Shown: one piece after another, positions 17,125 to 28,677 of the stretch
Layout: every line of letters starts with the position of its first letter
Position numbering within the stretch: position 1 is the stretch's first letter
Assembly: GCA_964036045.1 (NCBI GenBank)
Contig: OZ038378.1
Coordinates: forward strand, 24,862,001 to 24,926,000
DNA: 64,000 nt
From: Eutreptiella sp. 'Long Island Sound 2002'
Lineage: Eukaryota; Protista; Euglenida
Direction: 5' to 3'
Made by a program: the position numbers and the translations under genes
Notes under the pieces: model-generated
The model's database searches: none
Told to the model about the DNA's origin: nothing
Seen by the model: only the letters and a program-made list of their open reading frames with translations

Positions 17125-17555
17125 CGGTTTTGTATGTTTTTGGTGATGCAAGCCTCAAGGATTGTTCGGGGGGAGCGGCAAAAGTTGTGGACGGTCAGGG
17201 TCATGTGTGGCTGGAATACAGTGTATCCCTCTCTGCTTTTGGTCTCAGCACCAAGTTGGTAGAAGCCTCTGTTGTTGTCTCTGCGGTAGTTGCCATTGCC
17301 GAATTTGTCTCCTCCCATGGCGTGTGCTTAAAAGAAATCTGGGTGTGGTCTGACTGTTTGTCAGCTGTGCAGTCGCTGCAGTCCAGAGACATGGCGGACA
17401 AAACTGCATCAATCATGGACAGGGTTGTCGCGCACTTTGTCTTGACGCATCTTCCGGTTCAGATGGGTTGGGTGCCAGCACAGCACGATACGGAACTTGA
17501 TGACTGGATATCATCGTTCAACTCAAAAATGGACTCTGAAGCGAAAGCTGGTGCG
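17125..17555 (+). other. RNase H domain of family A
   Basis: LYVFGDAS, LVEASVV, VWSDCLSA, GWVPAQHD and NSKMDSEAK match the RNase HI D-E-D-D catalytic layout. Confidence 0.8.
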
Positions 17556-17876
17556 CGCGGTGAGCGTCAGGGGGTCTCAGATCTTGATGTATGGCTGGAC
17601 AGAGATTCCATTCTTCCATTCCAAGGTGACAGATTGATTGTCGACCTCAAACGACATTTGCTTAGTCAATCTGATGATGCTCTCCTCAGCGTCTCTTCCT
17701 CTTGCTCACCCGCCCCTCCGGAGAGATCATGGCGCATGGTGCTACCCGAATCGGTCTCAGGGCTCAAGTGCTGGGTGCAGCTGCAGCCATTAGGAATAGA
17801 GCATTGGGGACGCATAAGGGCTTGGAGTGTGTATGTGTCAGCAGACCAGTGGGAGTGGCAGCACAGAGAAGCGGAA

Positions 17877-17933
17877 TGCTCACTGTGCTCCATGTGGTGC
17901 CACTCGGTAACACAGCATAGATTCCACGAATGC
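17877..17933 (+). other. C-terminal CCHC zinc finger of family A
   Basis: CSLCSMWCHSVTQHRFHEC. Deleted in copy A5. Confidence 0.7.
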
Positions 17934-19147
17934 GTATTTACTAAAGTGCGGGTTCTTGCTTGGTCTGGACATGTCTGCGAAATTCTGTGGGCTGCGGGCA
18001 TTCCCCGTGATCGTATCGCTCTTCGATGGGGGGGTGTTGAGATTTTGGGACATCCGGGTCTGTTCATTGTCTGGTGTCATCCTGCGAAGGGAGCTGCCAT
18101 ATCTGATTCCTCGAAATCAGTGAAGCCTGTGTGGCCCATATGGCTGGGGTTAGGCCCAATTAGGGGTATTTCGCTGGTTCTCTCCAAATTGGGTGTCAGT
18201 CAACCACATATCCTTATTTATCAAGTCCTAGAGAGCGCGTATGCCATGGTACACGGTGGGTACAATACAGATAATGTTCGACTTCTGTGCCCTCTGTTTC
18301 ATTCTCAGTGGACTGCAGGAATGAACTCAGGTGTGCTGCTGGGGTTTCAGACGCCAGCTGCACATCTGGCCAGTCACACTCCCTCCAACCTGCTCTGGGT
18401 TCTTTTCTCGTCTGTCAGGGGGGAAGGATACGTAGGGCATGTTCTGGTGAGTGGCAAGGGGACAGTTAAGATGACGGTCTGGCACTCGAAAGTCCCCTCC
18501 GTATGGATCTGCGAATGCCAAGGGAACCTTCATTCTGTCGTCAGAGAGGCAATGAGGAGACGACTGGGGGGGGAGGGTGTGTATTGGTGCCTCCCGGGTG
18601 TGCAATGGCCATGGGAGGGGCTTCGCCAGGATTCGGGACTCCAGCTGTGGCGTTTTATGGTGCGGACAGAGCAGTCGTGTCTGTCACTGGGGTGGGTTAT
18701 TTCTGATGCCTCTCACTCCCGTGGTGTTCCCCCGCCTGTGCTGAAACCTGTTCTAGACATGCAAATTTGGTAACCGTCTCTCTTCAGGGCGTGCGTACAG
18801 GTATCAGCCGAATTCTGGGAGGCACAGATCGACATCGGCTCCCAGCACGACTTATGGGTCAAACCACTATGCCTATTCTGGGGCTAAAGGAAGCAAAGGA
18901 GGATCCATGGGTAAGCAGGGTGGCAAAGGCAAGGGGAAACACATGTACTGAGTCGACATAACACGTGCTTTCAGAAGGGAGTGGCCTGGGTCGACAGTCA
19001 CATCCTTGCTAAGTCACATTGGTTCAGAGATTTGATTTGCTTTGTGTTCGGTGTGTAGGTTGTAGGGGAGGCTTGCTGTGGAACTAGGAAGGGGACTGGT
19101 CCGAACCCAGACAAAGCGGATTTTTCAAATCAAATCAAATCAAATCA

Positions 19148-19241
19148 TGTATGTATGTATGTATGTATGTATTTATGTATGTATGTATGTATGTATGTAT
19201 GTATGTATGTATGTATGTATGTATGTATGTATGTATGTATG

Positions 19242-19271
<30 letters not shown>
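19148..19271. repeat. (TGTA)31 spacer
   Basis: 124 bp with one TTTA variant unit. Confidence 0.97.
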
Positions 19272-19272
<1 letters not shown>

Positions 19273-22200
19273 TCCTTAACCAGTTCCACATCTTCGATGC
19301 CTCACAGGGTAAAGGTAGGAATGTTCATCGATCAACGCCATCAGGGTAGACAGAGGTAGTAGTCAGAGAAAGGGTTCAGGTACACTTTCAATAATAGGGG
19401 CTCCTGCTCCTCTTTCCTTGTAGGTAGGATACCATCCACAACGGTTTCCACTCCTTTTCAGGTTCGATAGAATACGATGTCGGAAGGAGACTAGGAGTCA
19501 GTCGGACGCCTCCCTGCTGGGGGGGCTCAGAGGAGAATCCATCAAGCTGGAGTTCATCTCCCTGGGGTTCCATCATGGGAAAATCAGGTGGTCAATGGGG
19601 TATTCAACCTGGGGTACTAAATGGGGTTCTTCAATGGGGATCAGAAAGTCAAAAAGGTGGGGTACAATCAGGGTGGTGGACAGGTTCCCCTCCCAGATGT
19701 CCGGGTCTGGGCTGGGGACGGATTTATCACAGGGGTCGCTGGAGGTGGAGACGGCACCGGGGTGACCCCTGCCCCGCCGGCAGTCGATGTACAGCACCGC
19801 TGGCCTCCCCCTCTGGGAGCAGCGGTACAGCAATGTCGGTTTTTATTTTGTAGCAACATGTCCGCCACACAATGTCGGACTCTGCAGATGAATCTCAGTT
19901 ATGTTACCCCCTCCTCCCCTCTCACCCATAGGATCACGGGTCTCCTCCTCCCTTCCTGCTCATATTGCATCCACAGAGGATTGGGGCTCCAGAGTGACAG
20001 TCCCATCACGATAGAGGTCCCCCTGTCACGGGGGGACCCGGAGACTTAGACCATGTGTAGGCAGAAAAGTCCCCTTAACCCCCCACACGCTCTTGACCTC
20101 TTCCCCGAGTGAGTATCTCACAATTTTTCTATTTTCTGGGGGCCGCAGGCAGCACCGCTTTGAAAAATTTTCTTTTTTATTTTCATCTGGGACCATTATT
20201 TCTGAGTTAAAGTGTGCTGCCTGTAGGCTGGGTGCCCGGGTAGCCACGGTTCAGTTTCAGCCCTACAAGGGGGGGAAGAGAGGACACCTGGGCAACCAAG
20301 AGGTCTGAAAGAGCGTCGTGGGTTCTAAAAATAAAAAGCTGTAAGATCCTCTCTGCCCTCCCCGCCAGGGCAACCCCCTCCTTGCCTGCCCCCAAGCTTC
20401 GGCTTCCACACATTTGACTGTGACAGGTTAGGGAGTAGATAACAACTCGAAAAATCTTATTTCTTCTGCGAGCTGCTGCACCTATTACAGACACTGGGAA
20501 CAGTTTCCAGATTGCTTCTGGTTTCTCATGCGGTGATGACATAGACAGCGTCAGCCAGAAAAGTCTGTCAGCAGTCAAGGGCACGGGTTGTCACTGTGTT
20601 TGGTTTTTCATTTGCGCGACTGCCTGATGCGGTTCTTCACACCCTTCAGGAGCCTACGGGCCTATAGCGCTTGGTTTTTCCTCACTTTCATTGTTGGTCG
20701 TCGGTTGTCTGCGTCCGCCGTTAGGCTGTTGGGAGGGCAAGGTATGGAGGTATGGGACACGAATCAGGAAAGGAGGTAACTAGGAAGTGGGGGCCGTGTG
20801 TGATTGAATCATAGTCAAGCCGTTACCATTCTGATTTGTCGTGACGTGCAGATAGTGAGTATCGACGTCCCAGAATGACAAAAGCATGACAAAAGCTGAC
20901 ATCACTTGCAGAGTAATTCCACCCGACAATGACAGCATCTATGACGCGCAGATAGTGAGTATCGGCGTCTGTGGGAAGTGTGGGGTATGCCAGACAGAGC
21001 GCAACTGCCTGAGGCCCAGGGGCATGCAGATAGTGAGTATCGGTGCCCGTACCAGTCCCACACAGGTAATCTTTTTGGTTTTCTCTCCACTCCACATGTT
21101 CAGCCCCATGACAACTATTTCTCTGGAGTTTGGTCACATTCAAAAAGGGGGCACCCCTACAAAACTGCGATGGTTACCCACTCATGGGGACCCTGTAGAA
21201 GAACCGGTGGGCCTGTGGGTTCAACCAGACAGCGTCAGGGCTAGGATCATGACAATATGTATTCTGGCCGGGTCCATTGACAACACCGTGTTGGATGAGG
21301 TCCTCAAGCTGCGTCCCGATATCGAGACTAATACCTGGAGTTCCCTGGTGGGCAAGTTACCGGATGGTGCTGAGAAGGACATCTGCCGCCAGGTTGTCAA
21401 ATCCAAGAGAGTACCGGAAAGCTTCTCAAACATCTCCTCAAAATACAACCTTTTGGATGCCATGCTGGCCACCATTGCAAAAGTCTCACACCGACCCATG
21501 CTTACCGAATGGAGCACTGCACGTCTCAATGCCAAGTCCGAACTTCGCTCTATCTGGTCAGCCTTTTAGAAGGAAATTTTTAGTGAATCCGACACTCTCT
21601 CGGAAGCTCCAGATCAACCCACACACGTGGTCCCACAGGAACAGGGTTCGGAGTCCGCTGATGTCTTGGGTGCCATCTCCCTGGTCAACACCGTTGATGA
21701 TCTTTCGATCAATGAGGAAGATAAACTTCAGTCCTTGGTTGCTGAGATGTACAGTGAGGATGTTCCTGTTGAAGTTTTGCTGTTGGCAGCCTCGGGGATC
21801 AGGAGTAATATTTTGTTGAGGTTGAAGTCAGCCACACCGGTTGAGGGCAGGTTCTGGAAGGGTGTCATGGTAGCGTTGCTCAAGTGGATGCGTCCTCTTA
21901 GGCAGGCAGAAGAGGAAGGGCATCGCCTGCAGGCCAAACTAGCTGCAGAGGCTAATAGAAAACACAACGTTATTTCCAGTCCTTCTTCAGGTGCAGATGT
22001 GTCCAAGCCCTCTCCGTCCAAGCCAAAAAACTCCAAGAAACCGCGGGTAGAGGGAGTAGTCAGGGCACTAACGCTGGATGAAACGGCTTCCACTGCACAG
22101 GGCAGTAACTCCGCTGAGCCACGACAGGCTAGTGCCTCCATCTCTGATAAAGTTTCACCGCCGGTACAACAATGGCAAGCTGGGTCTGGGCTGGGCAAAG

Positions 22201-25200
22201 TTATTGTTGACAAGTCGCAGTCCACCACGGATCGTTTGAAACCTATTCTGCTCACTGGGTTTGAACATACTGATGCCCTTGACTCCTTTTTGGGTTGTGA
22301 AGCTGCCTTCGGTCAGTTGTCTCTCGACTACAGAGTCTATCGGGACATGTTGTCCCAATTTGGTGAGGTTGTCATGTTTGTTCCGTCCAGCAGGCTAGAT
22401 CCCATCCTGGGAGGTAAGTACCGCGACAGCTTGCGCATCAGAGCATTCAGGGACCCATTGGGCCGCTCAGACCTCATTGAGGTGAAGGAACTACAACTGG
22501 TTGAAGGACCGCGAAAAATTGGCTCTCATATTCCTCAGCCTGCGCCTGCCAAAGAGGCTCCTGTGAGTACACCTGTTTCAGGTCTGTTTCTCTCGCCGTC
22601 TAAAATGCAATCCCCGGTGTGGTGTCTGTTTCCGCCCTTCTCCCCCTCTCATGCCTTCATATCCATGTGGGGTTGGGGCTTTCAACGAGAGTTAGGGGGG
22701 ATCATTAGATTCCATTCTCCCCCGCCTGGAATGCCTGATGAACTCAGGGAGGTTGTGTCTGCTCACGCCATCTGGGGTCTGTCCAAAGTTTACGATGCCG
22801 CAGTAAAATCCACCGTGATAGGAGAGGATGACGACTCGCCGGAACACTGGGTGTCGGCTAAGGAGTGTGTAGAACTAGCAGTGAAACACCGAGATCATAG
22901 GTTCTACGACGTGCCTGAATGGGCGGCTGAGGAGTTTTCAAAGCGCAAAACGCTTACCAAGGTCAACAAAGTGCGTAAGAAGCTAAAAACGGGGAACTAC
23001 TCTAAAGTGTCCTCAATTGCCCTAGGCCTTGACGCATCGTGGGGTCGGTTGGCCAGTGACGGGGTTCCCCCTCCTACTGTTGAGCGCAGTGATGCTGAAC
23101 ACCATCGGGTTTTGATATGTGGTGATCGAAAAGTGTCAGTTTGCCGCATCATGAGTCCTCAATGGACAGGGTTAACTAAGAAGGTAGAAACGGTGGGGTC
23201 CAGACATGTGGCTTTGCTCGGTGTTCCCTCATCACCTGCGGATGCTACCCTCGTAAGGTCAGCAACCATGGCGTGTGGCGATACTAAATTTCACATGTGT
23301 ACCAATGCAGTTGTTTTGGGCAGAATGGGCTTGTTGGCGGCCCCGAAGCCTGTGAATTTTGTTGAACCGGAGTGTGTTCTTCCCCTTTGGGTGGCGGTCA
23401 TTTCTTTACAATGGGGACGACAGCACCAAGTGCTAGTCAAGTCAGGAAAGGCAGTGGCAAGACACCGCAAAGAGATTGTGGATGACACTGCTGGGTGGTG
23501 GCAGGATGTCTGCAGAGTGACTGAGTGGGATCCTCTGTCTCGGGGATGGCGGACAGAAAAAGTTCTGTGTCGATGCGTCCCGCAGGAATGTGTCATGATG
23601 TTACATGTCTGGCTCAATTGGACCCCCCCTCAGTGGTCGTTGTAGTACTATGAAGTGCAAGCGTGGAGCTCCATTTCTATTCCTGAGTCTGCCAACCCTG
23701 TTGCCTTGCCATGGGGCTGCCTGTCTGCTAATGTTCAGGGGTTAAATAGGTCAGTTGAAATACGCAGGACCAAGTGGGATGAAGTGGTTGAGATGTGTGT
23801 CACCTCAGATGCCAGGGTGCTGTTCATTCAAGAAACCTGGGGCTCAGTGAAAAAGCTAGACAGGCGACACATTGATGGCTTTTGGCATCGCTCCTCTGCT
23901 CACTGCGATGTTGGTAAAGGCCTAGAAGTCTGGGTTTTGTCATCCTGGGCACAATTCAAAACTGTTCTTCTGGATACTGACCACTCTTTTCTTGTGGTGG
24001 TCCACAATGCCTGGGGTTTGGGGGTCCTGGGTAGCGTCCACATGGCACAGAGGTCTGACGAACTGTTATACAATCAACAGTTTGGTGCATCTGATTTTCG
24101 GTCTCCAACACTTACCAGTGTCGTGGCTCATCGTGGGGGGTGACGGGAATAGGGACATCCGCACGCATAAATTGTCAGTTGCCCTTCTTAAGTTCCCGGG
24201 TGCCCGAGTTGCGTTCATGCAGGGGAGGGTTCATCTTCCCAAGGACTTTTGCATTATAAAAGGAGTCTCGGGGCAATCCAGCGGTATGTGGCTGAGACAG
24301 GTTGGCGACCACCCAGTTGTTTGGATTCGAGGGTGTCAGACAGCAAAGGCAGGAGCCACAGGATCTTTGATGCGCCCAGTTGAACCTCGCAATTGGGACC
24401 ATGACAGCAGAGTGATTTTTTCCAATCTCATGGAAGCCATGAGTCTCGGCATCAGTGATGCGTCTAGTTGGCTGCAGGCCTATAGGGACTGTATCTCAGT
24501 CGTCAACCATGTGGTGAGTAGTCCTAAATCTGAAGAGGTCCACTCAGAGCTGAAATCAGTAGTTGCGTCTCTCAAGGCCATTACAGGCGGCCAGGGCTGG
24601 AGAGTGCAACGCTCCCTAGAGTTCAGATTGTCCTCCAAATACTGGTCTACGGCGATTAGTGACTGGAAAGCTGTGTCAGGAACAGGTCTCACGGGGCGAA
24701 CCATGAAGGTGCTGAAGCTACAAGCAGCAAACCCATTCATTGCGTTACGTCAGGTAACGGACACATCCTCTCAATCTCTGGTGACAGGTAGGGACATCCT
24801 ACAGGTGTTGCCCAGGGAGTGTGTCCTGAAATACCCTGTGCGCTCCACTATTGTTCCTCCTGAGTGGGTTCAGTCTGTCATGCGCCACAGGTATGTGCTG
24901 CACCTCACCCCTGTTGCAATCGAGGCCCGCAGGTACCTGATTCTCTCACAAGTGATGCAGGTCTCAGTAGAGTCCCTGTTGCGTATCCGGCACAAACTGA
25001 CCAGTGCGACGGCAGGGGTTGATGGTTTTATACCAAATCTAGTGAAATGGATGGGGCTGGCGTCCCTCTTCCGGGTGACTCAGATACTCAGACTTCCCTT
25101 TGATCAGTGGCCTTTGGAGGTTTTCTCGGCTCTACACCTTACACTAAAAAAATCTGCGGGTGACAATGTCAATGTCAATACTAGGCCTATTAAACTTCTC

Positions 25201-28200
25201 TCAGCCCTATTTCGCATACAGGCTAAATTGTATGCCCCTTTGATTCAGCTGGCCACAACACCAAGTGAGTATGGTTGTAGACAGTATGCAGGGTTTAAAG
25301 GGTCTTCCGCACATGCCCTGCGCCGCGTGCTACACACAGTGATCACCCAATCCCTGGCGGTGCGAGGTGATGTTACGACGATGTTTTTGGATTTCTCTGG
25401 TGCCTTTGATGAAATCAACAGGCAAGCCATTCTGAGGGTTGCTGATATGTATCCGTTTTTACGTGGAGTTGTGCATGAAGTGGTTCATCACTACATGTCC
25501 TTCAGGCAATACGTGGTTTCTGCCCTGGGCCTATCAGAGTCGTATTGTCAAGTGGAGGGTGTCCTTCAAGGGGGGGGTTTAGATCCACTTTTTTACATAC
25601 TTGCGGTTAATTTGATACATCTTGCCATGCGTCAACTGGGGGTTGGGGTTCCGGTATGTGTTCCTCCCTCGGTAGAAATGATTGCTTCTCTGGGCTATGT
25701 AGACGACAGAGTGGGGTTTTCTAGCATAGACGACAGACAGCGAGTGGCCGACCACCTTCGTGTTATTATTGACTGCGTCGGACAACGCAACAATAGGTCC
25801 AAAATGAACGTTCAAGTACTTCAGGTCAAGCAAGGCTCAGTCTGCAGTGTCAGCAAATCGGTCGTCTGGGAGGACAAGCTAGTGTGGTCCACTAGTAGAC
25901 ACCAACACATAAAATTCCTGGGGGGAAACGCTAATATTTTAGGAGGGTTCCCTACCATCAAAAAAGTCATTACAAGGTGGTCTCGAACGGTCATCAGCAG
26001 GCTGCGAGGGTGGCCCGTGTCGGTGGGTGTGGCACACACTGTGATAGAAGGACTTGTAGTCAACAGGCTTGTGTTTCGCTGCTGTGTGAATGTGCCAACG
26101 GACGTGCAAATCAGTTCAGTGACAGGGTCCATATGCAGGGTGTACAGACTGGTCTTTGGGTTGGCTCCCAATACTCCACGTGCCTGCATAGTTTCCATTC
26201 TAGGAAGAGCTGCCCCTGATCATGTCCTTTGGGTCACAGTCATCAATGAGCTGTTTAAGTCTCTAAATGGGCCCAACGCCCTGCTGGCCCAATCTGCGTG
26301 GGCACACTGGTCGAACCCGTGCCTACATCACTTTGACAGCGACTCTCAGCGCATTCAGTCCAGGCTCCAAAGCTTGGGCATTCAGTTTCGCAAACTCGGG
26401 TCAGGTCAAGGGGCTAAGTGGTGTGTGAAACCGCCTCCAGGAGTTGCTTTTCCTACGGTTTTGTATGTTTTTGGTGATGCAAGCCTCAAGGATTGCTGGG
26501 GGGGAGCGGCAAAAGTTGTGGACGGTCAGGGTCATGTGTGGCTGGAATACAGTGTATCCCTCTCTGCTATTGGTCTCAGCACCAAGTTGGTAGAAGCCTC
26601 TGTTGTTGTCTCTGCGGTAGTTGCCATTGCCGAATTTGTCTCCTCCCATGGCGTGTGCTTAAAAGAAATCTGGGTGTGGTCTGACTGTTTGTCAGCTGTG
26701 CAGTCTCTGCAGTCCAGAGACATGGCGGACAAAACTGCATCAATCATGGACAGGGTTGTCGCGCACTTTGTCTTGACGCATCTTCCGGTTCAGATGGGTT
26801 GGGTGCCAGCACAGCACGATACGGAACTTGATGACTGGATATCATCGTTCAACTCAAAAATGGACTCTGAAGCGAAAGCTGGTGCGCGCGGTGAGCGTCA
26901 GGAGGTCTCACTTCTTGATGTATGGCTGGACAGAGATTCCATTCTTCCATTCCAAGGTGACAGATTGATTGTCGACCTCAAACGACATTTGCTTAGTCAA
27001 TATGATAATGCTCTCCTCAGCGTCTCTTCCTCTTGCTCGACCACCCCTCCGGACAGATCATGGCGCATGGTGCTACCCAAATCGGTCTCAGGGCTCAAGT
27101 GCTGGGTGCAGCTGCAGCCATTAGGAATAGAGCATTGGGGACGCATAAGGGCTTGGAGTGTGTATGCGTCCGCAGACTAGTGGGAGTGGCAGCACAGAGA
27201 AGCGGAATGTTCACTGTGCTCCATGTGGTGCCTCTCGGTAACGCAGCATAGATTCCACAAATGCGTATTTACTAAAGTGCGGGTTCTTGCTTGGTCTGGA
27301 CATGTCTGCGAAATTCTGTGGGCTGCGGGCATTCCCCGTGACCGTATCGCTCTTCGATGGGGGGGTGTTGAGATTTTGGGACATCCGGGTCTGTTCATTG
27401 TCTGGTGTCATCCTGCGAAGGGAGCTGCCATATCTGATTCCTCGACATCAGTGAAGCCTGTGTGGCCCATATGGCTGGGGTTAGGCCCAATTAGGGGTAC
27501 TTCGCTGGTTCTCTCCAAATTGGGTGTCAGTCAACCACATATCCTTATTTATCAAGTCCTAGAGAGCGCGTATGCCATGGTACACGGTGGGTACAATACA
27601 GAAAATGTCCGGCTTCCGTGCCCTCTGTTTCATTCTCAGTGGACTGCAGGAATGAACTCAGGTGTGCTGCTGGGGTTTCAGACGCCAGCTGCACATCTGG
27701 ACAGTCACACTCCCTGCAACGTGCTCTGGGTTCTTTTCTCGTCTGTCAGGGGGAAAGGATACGTAGGGCATGTTCTGGTGAGTTGCAAGGGGACGGTTAA
27801 GATGACGGTCTGGCACTCGAAAGTCCCTCCGTATGGATCTGCGAATGCCAAGGGAACCTTCATTCTGTCGTCAGAGAGGCAATGAGGAGACGACTTGGGG
27901 GGGAGGGTGTGTATTGGTGCCTCCTGGGTGTGCAATGGCCATGGGAGGGGCTTCGCCAGGATTCGGGACTCCAGCTGTGGCGTTTTATGGTGCGGACAGA
28001 GCAGCCGTGTCTGTCACTCGGGTGGGTTATTTCTGATGCCTCTCACTCCCGTGGTGATCCCCCACCTGTGCTGAAACCTGTTCTAGATATGCAAATTTGG
28101 TAACCGTCTCTCTTCAGGGCGTGCGAACAGGTATCAGCCAGATTGTGGGAGGCACAGATCGACATCGGCTCCCAGCACGACTTATGGGTCATACCACTAT

Positions 28201-28477
28201 GCCTATTCGGGGTCCAAGGGAAGCAAAGGAGGATCCATGGGTAAGCAGGGTGGCAAAGGCAAGGGGAAACACATGTACTAAGTCGACATAACACGTGCCT
28301 TCATAAGGGAGTGGCCTGGGTCGACAGTCACATCCTTGCTAAGTCACATTCGTTCAAAGATTTGATTTGCTTTGTGTTCGGTGTGTAGGTTGTAGGGGAG
28401 GCTTGCTGTGGAACTAGGAAGGGGACTGGTCCGAACCCAGACAAAGCGGATTTTTCAAATCAAATCAAATCAAATCA
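19272..28477 (+). mobile_element. Family A copy A2
   Basis: 5' ATCCTTAACC start and (CAAAT)4CA end. 327-bp 5' deletion relative to A3/A4 and an 11-bp ATGACAAAAGC duplication. Confidence 0.95.
20886..28103 (+). pseudogene. Family A polyprotein, copy A2, disrupted
   Basis: TAG 21567, TAG 23643, +1 T near 24080, TAG 27178, -1 C near 27825. Confidence 0.9.
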
Positions 28478-28677
28478 TGTATGTATGTATGTATGTATGT
28501 ATGTATGTATGTATGTATGTATGTATGTATGTATGTATGTATGTATGTATGTATGTATGTATGTATGTATGTATGTATGTATGTATGTATGTATGTATGT
28601 ATGTATGTATGTATGTATGTATGTATGTATGTATGTATGTATGTATGTATGCATGTATGTATGTATGTATGTATGTA
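28478..28677. repeat. (TGTA)50 spacer
   Basis: 200 bp with one TGCA variant unit. Confidence 0.97.

Larger units (their letters stand above)
11556..18773 (+). pseudogene. Family A polyprotein (2405 codons, single frame), two premature stops in this copy
   Basis: ORFs 11556-14243, 14265-15311 and 15321-18773 share one frame. TGA 14241 is CG(A/G) in A2-A5 and TAA 15309 is TAC in A2-A5. Confidence 0.9.
9691..19147 (+). mobile_element. Non-LTR retrotransposon family A, copy A1 (lacks the first 72 nt)
   Basis: Colinear with the other four copies. APE-RT-RNase H-CCHC ORF and (CAAAT)4CA 3' end. Starts at GGGTAGACAG, which corresponds to nt 73 of A2. Confidence 0.95.

Noticed and set aside
19272-19282. 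Telomeric-repeat or spliced-leader-gene targeting
   Set aside because: No TTAGGG-type arrays or recognisable SL/5S sequence. CCTTAACC is a single short motif.
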